From IMG/VR virus record IMGVR_UViG_2061766007_000627: a stretch of DNA of 64,000 nucleotides, one strand, 5' to 3'. This DNA comes from an uncultured virus (IMG/VR IMGVR_UViG_2061766007_000627). Lineage: Duplodnaviria; Heunggongvirae; Uroviricota; Caudoviricetes. The notes beneath the pieces are model-generated. The model saw only the letters and a list, made by a program, of their open reading frames with translations. It made no database searches and had not been told where the DNA came from. Position numbers and translations under genes: made by a program. Positions 50,077 to 59,867 of this stretch are shown here, one piece after another (within the stretch, counting starts at the first letter, position 1; the number at the start of each line of letters is the position of its first letter).

Positions 50077-50406
50077 ATGCAACAAAATCTGATAAGAGAT
50101 ATATCTGCACTAACGGCAGTATCAAATAAAACGCTAACTAAAATGGTCGGCATCGCAGAGTTGTGCATCTGTGATTATTTAAATGAACTTGATATAGCAG
50201 GAGATGAAATAGTTAATATCAATATTGGTATCGGCACCTTATCGCTACTGATAGTGGAAGATTCTATACAATATCAATTCACACCATCGTATCAACTTGA
50301 ACAACAGATTATCACCACAATAGAAGATAAAAATAGTCCATTAGTGGATGGCATCGAAACCAATCTTGAAAACAAATTACGAGCAACATACAAGGAGTTG
50401 TTGTAA
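50077..50406 (+). CDS. Hypothetical protein
   Basis: 109-aa ORF, tightly packed. Confidence 0.6.
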   Translation: MQQNLIRDISALTAVSNKTLTKMVGIAELCICDYLNELDIAGDEIVNINIGIGTLSLLIVEDSIQYQFTPSYQLEQQIITTIEDKNSPLVDGIETNLENKLRATYKELL

Positions 50407-50846
50407 TGGCGAATAAAATAGACAATACTTTAGCGAAGCTCGAAAAGAAACTTATCAAAGAAGAAAATTTAGATTCTCTCAATGAACTTGTAGAACTCTT
50501 CAATGTAAATCTGCAGAAGAAGAATATCCTTCGTAGTGCAAAACTTTCCGATGTGCAAGATAAAGTCGTTGAGCAAATGTTAGAGCGAATAACATTAGAA
50601 CCTAATGAAATACGAGATGATGATTTAATCAAGTATCACAAAGTAATTCAAGATACACTAAACAAAACCGATACCACGCTTGATAACATTAAAGCTCCGA
50701 GTATACAAATCAATCAGCAAGTTAATGTAGACAAAATGATATTCGATAGTGAAGCCCGTAAAAGAATACTTAGTGCTGTCAATGATATTCTTAATGGTGA
50801 TACTGAAATACTTGATGCCGACTTCACATTAGAAAAAGAGGATTGA
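50406..50846 (+). CDS. Hypothetical helical protein (possibly small-terminase-like)
   Basis: Helices followed by an IQINQQVNV strand and an acidic tail; AAGGAG RBS. Confidence 0.45.
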   Translation: MANKIDNTLAKLEKKLIKEENLDSLNELVELFNVNLQKKNILRSAKLSDVQDKVVEQMLERITLEPNEIRDDDLIKYHKVIQDTLNKTDTTLDNIKAPSIQINQQVNVDKMIFDSEARKRILSAVNDILNGDTEILDADFTLEKED

Positions 50847-50847
50847 T

Positions 50848-51184
50848 ATGTCTGTAAAACATGTAAAAGATTATTACCTGAAAGTAACCGATGATTTCCA
50901 TAGAATGAAAGAAACGCTTGATGAATTAGAGCGGTGCATGACAGAAGAAACAGCAACANNNNNNNNNNNNNNNNNNNNNNNNNNNNNNTTTGAAAGAAAA
51001 CTATATGAGGATTTCTTATATAGTTTATTTGCTTAATATGCCGAATAAGAAAGAGAAGCAGAAAAGGTATATAAAAGAAAAGCAGTCACGTATAAAACAA
51101 ATACCAGACAAAGACACATTTGATGGTGTGTTACATGAGAATAAAGAGATTTTAGATATGCTGTCAAAACAAATGAAAAATTAA
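50848..51184 (+). CDS. Hypothetical protein, one gene split by an N-gap
   Basis: ORFs 50848 and 50990 meet at the gap 50959-50988. Confidence 0.55.
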
Positions 51185-51197
51185 ACGGCACACAGAA

Positions 51198-51207
51198 TTG
51201 CTAAATT
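51198..51207 (+). promoter_or_regulatory. Candidate late-promoter motif TTGCTAAATT
   Basis: Intergenic, at the head of the fibre cluster; identical 10-mer at 17273. Confidence 0.5.
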
Positions 51208-51232
51208 ATATATAATGCAAGGAGTCTACTTT

Positions 51233-51508
51233 ATGGAAGAACTGTTAAGACAACTTTCAATAGAAAACACGGGCAGTATGCAGGGCGGTGTTTATACAAT
51301 ACGTATAGATACGTATGATGAATTTTCTGCTTTATATAATAAACTTGAACAATCTGAAGTAATACAAAAAGACAGTGACCAGTCAACCTTTAATATGGAC
51401 GAGGCACATGTGGTATATCTTTCAGATGAATATGAATTAAATCTCGATGGCGATTTAACCGATGATGTTTATGCACTTATCATTACTGATATAGAGGAAG
51501 AAAGTTAA
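51233..51508 (+). CDS. Small acidic hypothetical protein
   Basis: AAGGAG RBS favours ATG 51233 over 51215. Confidence 0.6.
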   Translation: MEELLRQLSIENTGSMQGGVYTIRIDTYDEFSALYNKLEQSEVIQKDSDQSTFNMDEAHVVYLSDEYELNLDGDLTDDVYALIITDIEEES

Positions 51509-51690
51509 TGGCAGATTTAGGAGATATATCCGTAATCACATTTCCAAATGGAAACAGCGTAAGTATAAAAGATGCAATAGCGAGAACAATGACACTTGAT
51601 GTTACATATACTCCTGGGGCTAACAATACACCAGGAGATTTGGCATTTGAGTTTATTACTGCCGCAAACGCCGATAATGAGGAATTCTAA
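51508..51690 (+). CDS. Small fibre adaptor-like protein
   Basis: ISVITFPNGNSVSIKDAIAR N-terminal motif shared with the fibres; C-terminal ADNEEF. Confidence 0.55.
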   Translation: MADLGDISVITFPNGNSVSIKDAIARTMTLDVTYTPGANNTPGDLAFEFITAANADNEEF

Positions 51691-52487
51691 TGGGCCAAGT
51701 TTTAGTTACAGACACTAATCTTACAAATATTGCTAATGCAATAAGGACTAAGAGTGGCACAACAACTAAATATACTCCTGCAAATATGGCATCAGCTATT
51801 AGTGCTATTCCAGGCGGTGCATTTAACTGGATGGGCGATGGTGTTGAGTGCTTAAATGCAAATTTATATAACACAACTGTTCAATTAGCAGATACGACTT
51901 TTTCTACTTGGACTGCTTCTACTACTGCGAAGTCATTACACTCAACTACAAGTTTATCAACCTTTTCTGCTGATATGGCAAATTATGCTTATTTACTTCG
52001 CTGGGTTACCGTTGCTCATGTTGCTCTTAAAGATACTGCTACGCTTAATACAGTTCCGTGCGGGTTACAAATTAATTTATTTGACCAACAAATAATGCGT
52101 AGACCAAACAGTTTAGTTAATATAGAAGCAAATAACTATAACGGAAATGTATATGTTAATAGTGCAAGTTTAGGCTGGATGCAATATTATAGTACTTCAG
52201 GTTCTAAAACCTATACCTGGGCCTCTTCTTATGGATTTTATGGGAGTGTGCCAACCCCAACTTTTGCAAGTTCAACGGCATCACCTACGGATGTAACACC
52301 AAAAACTCCAATTTTATATACTAGATGTAGTACAACATATTTTGCAACTGCAAGAAAAGGTGATATAGATATAGATAATACTTATTGGACCATTCATGGT
52401 GAATTGTATAGAATGGACCTTACAAAAAATTGTATGCGACAACGGTATACAGATTTAATTGACATTATCAACGATGAATTAGAATAA
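51690..52487 (+). CDS. Fibre/receptor-binding protein
   Basis: LTNIANAIR.K.GTT..YTP..MA.AI N-terminus, then a Thr-rich beta domain. Confidence 0.65.
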   Translation: MGQVLVTDTNLTNIANAIRTKSGTTTKYTPANMASAISAIPGGAFNWMGDGVECLNANLYNTTVQLADTTFSTWTASTTAKSLHSTTSLSTFSADMANYAYLLRWVTVAHVALKDTATLNTVPCGLQINLFDQQIMRRPNSLVNIEANNYNGNVYVNSASLGWMQYYSTSGSKTYTWASSYGFYGSVPTPTFASSTASPTDVTPKTPILYTRCSTTYFATARKGDIDIDNTYWTIHGELYRMDLTKNCMRQRYTDLIDIINDELE

Positions 52488-52500
52488 GGACATTAATTAA

Positions 52501-54258
52501 ATGCCTAATCCACAAATTACAACTATAACTGCTGATGGTACTACTTATGACATAGTAGATACAATAAGCGGGTATGCACCTAAAGCATCTCCTGCTTTGA
52601 CAGGAACACCTACAGCGCCAACTGCTCCGTCTGGAACCGACACTACTCAGATTGCGACAACGGCGTTTGTACAAGATGCTATTGAGGGAATGGGTACAGG
52701 TAGCGTTACAAGTGTTGCTGTTAGTAATGCGACTAATGGTGGACTTTCTGTATCTGGAAGTCCTATTACGACATCTGGAACAATTACTGTTGGTCACTCT
52801 AATGTACTGACATCCGCACAAACTACCCAAGCAGTATATCCAATAAAAATAGATAAAAACGGACATATAAGTGCATACGGAAATGCAGTTACGATTCCAG
52901 TTGTACCAGAAAATACTGGAAATTCTACTACAGGAATATCAATAGCCGACCACAGCACAGGTACTGTTACAGGCGTACAATCTACTACAACATCGGTTAC
53001 TGGTGTTCAGGCTACAACTACAACTGCATCGCATGTAAAAAGCGGAGGAAATGGAACCGCCCCAACATTAGGAACTGCAATAGAAGTTCCTAATGTAACT
53101 GGTGCAAGTGATGTAACAGTTCCAATAAGAGCAGACAGTGCAACTACTGTTCCTGTTGCCGCATCTTCTGCAACAACTGTACCGATTAAAAATGCAACGG
53201 CAACATCTATTCCAAATGTCACAGATGTAGGTTCAGCATCAAATTGGGTCTTTGAGAATATAACAGTTCCTATTAGAAATGATAGTGCAACTACTGTTCC
53301 AACGGCGGCTTCTTCCGCTACGACAGTTCCTATTAAAAATGCGAATGCAACCTCAATCCCAAATGTAACTGCGGCTGGTTCTGGTTCTTTCACACAAGGT
53401 TCATTTAGCGGAGGCTCATTTACACAAGGAACAGATAGTTTTACTGCTAATACACCTACTGTAATAGATACTACTAAATTTAATGCAGGTTCGTATTCAC
53501 ATTCAGGATTTAGCGGTGGTAGTGGTAGTTTTACGCAAGGTTCATTTAGTGGTGGCTCAATTGTAGTTACTAATCATGTCCTATCTTTTACACCTGCTAC
53601 TCACGGAGCGGATTCACATACACATACAGGAGCAACATACGGTACAGACAGTTTCACAGCACCAAGTTTAGGAACAGGATTTTACACAGCAGGAACTGTG
53701 GCTTCGTTTACGCAAGGCGAAGATGAATTTACTCCTGCAACACACGGAGCAGATTCACATACACATACACCGCCAACTCTTGGAACTGCAATTTCAATTT
53801 ATGGCGTACAGTCAAGTACAACATCTGTTACTGGTGTAAGCGGAAGTACATCTATCTATGGTGTAAAATCAGGAACAGGCTCTACAACAACTGCTTCTCA
53901 TGTTGCGAGTGGAGGGAACGGAACTGCTCCAACATTGGGTGACCCGATTTCAATCATCGGTGTTCAATCTTCAACAACTTCTGTTACGGGTGTCAGCGGT
54001 TCAACTTCAGTATATGGTGTTAAGAGTGGAACAAACTCAACTACAACAGCATCGAAAGTTACGCTTGGCACAGCAATAGAAGTGCCTAATGTAACTTCTG
54101 TTGGTTCTGCTTCTAACTGGGTATTTGAAGATGTTACCGTCCCAATTAAGAATGCTTCCGCTACAACAGTACCGATTAAAGATGCTTCTGCTACGACAGT
54201 TGTCACAACTGCAACGCATTCAGTTACAGATAACGGTCACACACACTCATTGGAGTAA
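52501..54258 (+). CDS. Tail fibre with nested repeats and HxH motifs
   Basis: AP.ASPALTGTPTAPT...TQIATTAFV fibre motif; GVQ/TVPIK repeats; three HTH tripeptides. Confidence 0.8.
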   Translation: MPNPQITTITADGTTYDIVDTISGYAPKASPALTGTPTAPTAPSGTDTTQIATTAFVQDAIEGMGTGSVTSVAVSNATNGGLSVSGSPITTSGTITVGHSNVLTSAQTTQAVYPIKIDKNGHISAYGNAVTIPVVPENTGNSTTGISIADHSTGTVTGVQSTTTSVTGVQATTTTASHVKSGGNGTAPTLGTAIEVPNVTGASDVTVPIRADSATTVPVAASSATTVPIKNATATSIPNVTDVGSASNWVFENITVPIRNDSATTVPTAASSATTVPIKNANATSIPNVTAAGSGSFTQGSFSGGSFTQGTDSFTANTPTVIDTTKFNAGSYSHSGFSGGSGSFTQGSFSGGSIVVTNHVLSFTPATHGADSHTHTGATYGTDSFTAPSLGTGFYTAGTVASFTQGEDEFTPATHGADSHTHTPPTLGTAISIYGVQSSTTSVTGVSGSTSIYGVKSGTGSTTTASHVASGGNGTAPTLGDPISIIGVQSSTTSVTGVSGSTSVYGVKSGTNSTTTASKVTLGTAIEVPNVTSVGSASNWVFEDVTVPIKNASATTVPIKDASATTVVTTATHSVTDNGHTHSLE

Positions 54259-54261
54259 TAG

Positions 54262-54966
54262 ATGTCAACAAATTATATAGACCAAATTACAGATACTGCG
54301 GGTACTACCCAAGATATTGCAGAATCTGAATCTACAAGAATATATAGAGCAACCTGTTCAACTGCCGCCTCTACTGCGGCGAAAGTTGCTACGTTAGGAA
54401 CAAGCAATAAAAACTTTTCTTTAACAGCAGGAGTTAGAGTTGCTGTTACTTTCACATATGGGAATTCAGCAACGACTCCTACATTAAGAGTAGACGGAAG
54501 TTCCACAGGAACAGCAAAGACTATTGCATTTCCTACTGCAACCGCAACAAGAACAACGGGAAACGGAACTACATATAACACCTGGGGTCCTTACGAAACA
54601 ATCATTTTTACTTATGATGGAACATACTGGGTACACAGCGGTTCGGGTCTTTCAATTTACAATGCGTATAATAGTACTGGGTCACATACTCATGGAAACA
54701 TAAGTAATGCTGGTGCTATTACTTCTGACACCACGATTGCAACGGGTGATAAACTCGTCATTACGGATAATAGTGATAGCAGTAAGGTAGCGCGTTCACC
54801 GCTTTCATTTGATACAAGTACAGGAAATACAGAGAAGTTTTTATCAAAAGCAGGTACTTGGGAAGATGCACCTCAAACACTGATTGGGTCTACATATAAC
54901 AGCACAGACAAAGAAGTTATTTTAACTATCGGTAGCCTTACCGATGTGGATAATACGGACTATTAG
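54262..54966 (+). CDS. Tail fibre-like protein
   Basis: ATCSTAASTAAKVAT...FTYDGTYW and HTHGNI modules shared with 62106. Confidence 0.7.
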   Translation: MSTNYIDQITDTAGTTQDIAESESTRIYRATCSTAASTAAKVATLGTSNKNFSLTAGVRVAVTFTYGNSATTPTLRVDGSSTGTAKTIAFPTATATRTTGNGTTYNTWGPYETIIFTYDGTYWVHSGSGLSIYNAYNSTGSHTHGNISNAGAITSDTTIATGDKLVITDNSDSSKVARSPLSFDTSTGNTEKFLSKAGTWEDAPQTLIGSTYNSTDKEVILTIGSLTDVDNTDY

Positions 54967-54968
54967 AA

Positions 54969-55079
54969 ATGCCAAAAGTAGCTTTAACAGAACAATATCT
55001 TGAAGATATAGCAGATGCTATTCGTGCCAAGAACGAATCTGAAACTTTATATAAACCGTCAGAGATGGCACCCGCCATT
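54969..55079 (+). CDS. 5' fragment of a fibre protein (truncated by N-gap)
   Basis: LEDIADAIRAK...YKPSEMAPAI, paralogous to the 51690 N-terminus. Confidence 0.65.
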
Positions 55080-55797
55080 NNNNNNNNNNNNNNNNNNNNN
55101 NNNNNNNNNNNNNNNNNNNNNNNNNNNNNNNNNNNNNNNNNNNNNNNNNNNNNNNNNNNNNNNNNNNNNNNNNNNNNNNNNNNNNNNNNNNNNNNNNNNN
55201 NNNNNNNNNNNNNNNNNNNNNNNNNNNNNNNNNNNNNNNNNNNNNNNNNNNNNNNNNNNNNNNNNNNNNNNNNNNNNNNNNNNNNNNNNNNNNNNNNNNN
55301 NNNNNNNNNNNNNNNNNNNNNNNNNNNNNNNNNNNNNNNNNNNNNNNNNNNNNNNNNNNNNNNNNNNNNNNNNNNNNNNNNNNNNNNNNNNNNNNNNNNN
55401 NNNNNNNNNNNNNNNNNNNNNNNNNNNNNNNNNNNNNNNNNNNNNNNNNNNNNNNNNNNNNNNNNNNNNNNNNNNNNNNNNNNNNNNNNNNNNNNNNNNN
55501 NNNNNNNNNNNNNNNNNNNNNNNNNNNNNNNNNNNNNNNNNNNNNNNNNNNNNNNNNNNNNNNNNNNNNNNNNNNNNNNNNNNNNNNNNNNNNNNNNNNN
55601 NNNNNNNNNNNNNNNNNNNNNNNNNNNNNNNNNNNNNNNNNNNNNNNNNNNNNNNNNNNNNNNNNNNNNNNNNNNNNNNNNNNNNNNNNNNNNNNNNNNN
55701 NNNNNNNNNNNNNNNNNNNNNNNNNNNNNNNNNNNNNNNNNNNNNNNNNNNNNNNNNNNNNNNNNNNNNNNNNNNNNNNNNNNNNNNNNNNNNNNNN

Positions 55798-57118
55798 AAT
55801 TAGATTAGTTCCAAGTACATATGCGGTATCATCGACATCATATTTAAGCGTATCTAATGCAAATAATATGTACACAAATGTTGATAGTACCACATATGCT
55901 ACTATTACAAATACATATGCTTCTACTTCATCAAGATATTTATACTTAAGAGGCTTTAATTTTGATGATATACCTAGTGGCGCAACGATTAATTCTTTTA
56001 CAGTAAAAATTAAGGGATATGAAAGTGGATTAGCTACTAGTACTTCATATGCTCCAAGATTAGCAAATGGTACATCTGCTATTTCAAACACAACCGCTTC
56101 TACTAATTTTGGAACTTCAACTAAGACGATAACAATACCAACTGGGTCATTGACTTGGTCTCAAATTGCAGATACTTATGGCTCTAACTTTACCATAATG
56201 GTATATGTTAGAAGAGCTAGTAAAAATACAAAAGGTTATTTCTACTGCTATGGTGCAGAAATACTTGTTGATTATACTATTCCTGTTTATCATAATGTCA
56301 CCGTTACTAATAACACTTCAGCAACGGTAACGGCTAATCCTACAAGTGTTCTTGAAGGAAATTCATCTACAATCACTTCAAACACATTAAGTAATATAGT
56401 AATTACTGATAATAATGTAGATGTTACTAATCAATTTGTTCTTCATAGCGGTACAAGTGGAGATTATTCAACTGCAACAAGAGGTACATATGGATTTGCA
56501 CTTAATGGTAGTGGATATTATGAAAGTCAGAATAAAGGTATAGATAAATCTTGTTCGGTATGTCGTGTGAGTTTTAATTTACCAGTGTCAGCCAATGTAA
56601 CATTTCAGTATATTAACTACGCAGAAGCGACATATGACTTTGGCGTATTTGGTAATGTAGATGTAGCATTGACAACAAATTATTATCCCGCTGGTTCAGG
56701 TGGCGCAACTATATCAGAGACAAGTTATAAAAAAGCATGCAATACATCATCAGATAATACTTCATCGGTACAAACATTGACATATAGTAATGTATCAGCA
56801 GGAGACCACTTCATAGATGTCAAGTTCTCAAAGGATGATGCTTCTGCTTCTAATAATGACACATTACAGTTCAAAGTAACAATAACATATAGTCAATCAG
56901 TTTCATATTATTCATATACAATTAGTAATATAACTGTGGACCATGTAATTGTAGTTAATGCAAGTGGGAGTCAACCGAAAATCTTTGTAAAAGTCAATGG
57001 TACTTGGACGCAATATTCAAAAGTTTATAAAAAAGTTAACGGAGCCTGGGTTGAACAGGCAAGCTCAACTTGGTCTACTTTATTTAATACAAATACGAAT
57101 TATCGGAAAATGTCATGA
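55798..57118 (+). CDS. Fibre tip / carbohydrate-binding-like protein (start lies outside this segment)
   Basis: Frame is open from the gap (IRLVPSTY...); C-terminal KIFVKVNGTW....VYKKVNGAW motif. Confidence 0.7.
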
Positions 57119-57128
57119 GGAATAACAT

Positions 57129-57728
57129 ATGGCAGTAACTAATACTGTAACAGGAAAAATGAACTACCTGACTGTGGGTAGTAATACATATGAAATAGAA
57201 GATAAAAACGCCGCACCGCTTGCTTCCCCCGCATTTACAGGAACGCCTACGGCACCAACAGCAACAGCAGGAACAAGCACGACTCAGATTGCAACGACTA
57301 AATTTGTAATGGATGCTATGTCAGGAGCAGGTGCAGGAACAGTCACATCTGTTGGGATTTCTAACGCAACTAATGGCGGATTGTCTGTAAGTGGTTCTCC
57401 TATTACATCTTCTGGTACAATTTCAGTTGGACATTCCAATGTGTTGACTTCTGCTCAAACAACACAGGCTGTTTATCCTATTAAAATAGATAAGAATGGA
57501 CACATCAGTGAGTATGGTACTGCCGTTTCGATAACTGATGAAAATATGAAATGGACAGCATCTACTAGTTCAAATACATATTATCCATTACAGTCAACAT
57601 CAACCGCAACTACTGGAACAGCTAACACATTAAATTCAGTTAGTTTCTATCAATATTATAATACTGCTGGTGGTTATAGACGATTAATTTTAGGAAATGG
57701 TACTGCATATACGTCTACTGGCGGTGCA
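57129..57728 (+). CDS. 5' part of a tail fibre paralogous to 52501
   Basis: APLASPAFTGTPTAPT and a 53-aa block 50/53 identical to 52501; ends at an N-gap. Confidence 0.75.
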
Positions 57729-57738
57729 NNNNNNNNNN

Positions 57739-59079
57739 ACTATTTCAATTACTACGAATGGCACTCATAATGTTTATAATTATGCCAGTGCGAATGTACA
57801 AGTGTCGTCTACAATAAATAATCAAGATAAAACAGTTAACCCGTCAACATCGCAACAATCAATTACTGCAGACTCTGGGTACACAGGATTAGGCACAGTA
57901 ACAGTAAACGCAATGCCAAGTGGTACTGCGGGCACACCTACGGCAACAAAGGGAACGGTATCTAATCATAGTGTTTCTGTAACCCCAAGCGTAACTAATA
58001 CTACAGGCTATATTACAGGAAGTACCAAAACTGGTACAGCCGTAACTGTTTCAGCAAGTGAACTTGACAGCGGAACAAAAAGCATCACGCAAAACGGAAC
58101 AGGGATAGATGTAGTCGGCTATGCCACAGTAGATGTCAGCGTAAGTGGTGGTGCTGTAAACAACCAAAACAAAACTGTTACTTCATCTGGAACATTACAG
58201 ACAGTAACTTATGATAGTGGATATACAGGATTAGGAACTGTAACTATCAATGCCGCACCAAGTGCTGATATTAGTTCATCTTTTACTGGACAATTTATTA
58301 CAGAAAATAATATCAGAAAATGGCGAGTAACCCCAGGTGCTTATGCAGAAAGTTCTGGCTGGGTAAGTGAAGGTTCTATTCCAAGTGCGACTCCAACCAC
58401 ATATAATGCAATAGCTTCAAATACTACAATAATACCAACTGAATCTGCACAAACTGTTGGTGGACAAAGCTATATGATGGAAGGTGCTGTAACCATTGGT
58501 GCTATCGACTCAGAATATGTTGGCTCATTAGTCCCACGTGTTACAGCCACCGATGTTACAGTATCTGGGCCTACAGTAACTATGCCAAGCGGTTTTTACG
58601 GCACAGAACTTACAAAAACAGTTGCTTCTGGAAGTGCAAGGGGACCATCGTCACTCAGTGGAACATCTGCAACAGTATCAACGGGAACGAACACACTGAC
58701 GCTTACAAAAACAAATGTGAGTACAACACCGACAGTAAGTGCTGGTTATGTATCTTCTGCAACCGCTTCAACAGCAACAGTTACACTCACCGCTTCCGTT
58801 ACAACTAAATCCGCAACAACATATCATCCATCTACTACTGCTCAATCAATCTCTTCAGGAACATACCTTACTGGGGCTCAAACAATTGCGGCGGTCACTA
58901 CTTCAAATTTGTCTGCTTCAAATATTGTAAGTGGAGTTACGATTAAAGTTGGTGATTCTTCAGATGATGATTGCGTGGCGAGCGTAACTGGTAATGTAGT
59001 TTTACAAAATTACTATACTGGAAGTTCTGCTCCTTCTTCCTCAACGGGAAGTAATGGAGATTTATATCTTCAGAGTTAA
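57739..59079 (+). CDS. 3' part of a fibre protein (probably continues 54969)
   Basis: ISITTNGT.NV..YA.A.V.V and two NNQ.KTV...DSGYTGLGTVT.NA repeats; C-terminal GSSAPSSSTGSNGDLYLQ. Confidence 0.7.
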   Translation, partial: TISITTNGTHNVYNYASANVQVSSTINNQDKTVNPSTSQQSITADSGYTGLGTVTVNAMPSGTAGTPTATKGTVSNHSVSVTPSVTNTTGYITGSTKTGTAVTVSASELDSGTKSITQNGTGIDVVGYATVDVSVSGGAVNNQNKTVTSSGTLQTVTYDSGYTGLGTVTINAAPSADISSSFTGQFITENNIRKWRVTPGAYAESSGWVSEGSIPSATPTTYNAIASNTTIIPTESAQTVGGQSYMMEGAVTIGAIDSEYVGSLVPRVTATDVTVSGPTVTMPSGFYGTELTKTVASGSARGPSSLSGTSATVSTGTNTLTLTKTNVSTTPTVSAGYVSSATASTATVTLTASVTTKSATTYHPSTTAQSISSGTYLTGAQTIAAVTTSNLSASNIVSGVTIKVGDSSDDDCVASVTGNVVLQNYYTGSSAPSSSTGSNGDLYLQS

Positions 59080-59106
59080 GGGGGTAGATTATGGCGNNNN
59101 NNNNNN

Positions 59107-59838
59107 ATATGGTGCGCCTGCAACATATTATGGAGATTTAGTTCCCGGAGTATTAAGTACAAGTTCAACAGGAAGATTAACTGCAAATAGAACATGGACA
59201 TTTCCAGATGCAACAGGTACAGTAGCTCTTACTTCTGATATTCCTACTGTTCCATCTGCAACACAGTCTGCAACAACTGGAATTTCTATCGCCGCACATG
59301 GAACAGGAACAGTAATAGGGGTGCAGTCAAGCACAACCTCTGTTACAGGTGTACAATCTACAACAACTACAGCTTCAAAAGTTACAGTTGGAAGTTCATC
59401 TACTGATTATGGCGTTACTGCAACAAATACTCCTACCGTGATAGATACAACTAAGTTTAATGGTGGCAGTTACTCTCATTCAGGATTTAGCGGCGGNNNN
59501 NNNNNNGTGGTGGTTCATTAACTATGACAATGGACACTACTGACACAAAAAAATTAAATATTACATTTACTGCAGCAACACACGGAAATGACTCATTTAC
59601 CGCCGCTTCATATGGCACTGATTCATTTACAGCTGCAAGTTTAAGCAATGGATTTTACACTGCAGGTACAGCGGCGACACTTGGCTCAAAAGTTCCGACA
59701 GTAAGCGCAAGTGATGTAACAGTTCCAATCAAAAATACATCTGCAACAACTGTTCCGATTAAAAATACAAGTGCATCAACATTTGTGACAGGTACTACGC
59801 ACACAGTTACAGATAATGGTCATACACATACACTTTGA
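59107..59838 (+). CDS. 3' part of a tail fibre (probably continues 57129; ORFs 59054 and 59524 are one frame split by a 10-N gap)
   Basis: RTWTFPDATGTVALTSDI, then GVQ, TVPIK and DNGHTH modules paralogous to 52501. Confidence 0.7.
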
Positions 59839-59851
59839 TATATGTTATAAT
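59823..59851 (+). promoter_or_regulatory. Possible sigmaA extended -10 promoter within the fibre cluster
   Basis: TACACA-N17-TATAAT with TG at 59843 (TGTTATAAT). Confidence 0.5.
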
Positions 59852-59867
59852 AACCAAGAGGTAAAAT

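Noticed and set aside
54969..56091. Long ORFs 54969..55808, 55015..55803 and 55018..56091
   Set aside because: They are open only because they run through 718 Ns.
25484..59506. Apparent frameshifts or pseudogenes at 25484, 50959, 57729, 59097 and 59497
   Set aside because: Each coincides with an N-gap of uncertain length, so they are assembly effects rather than biological lesions.
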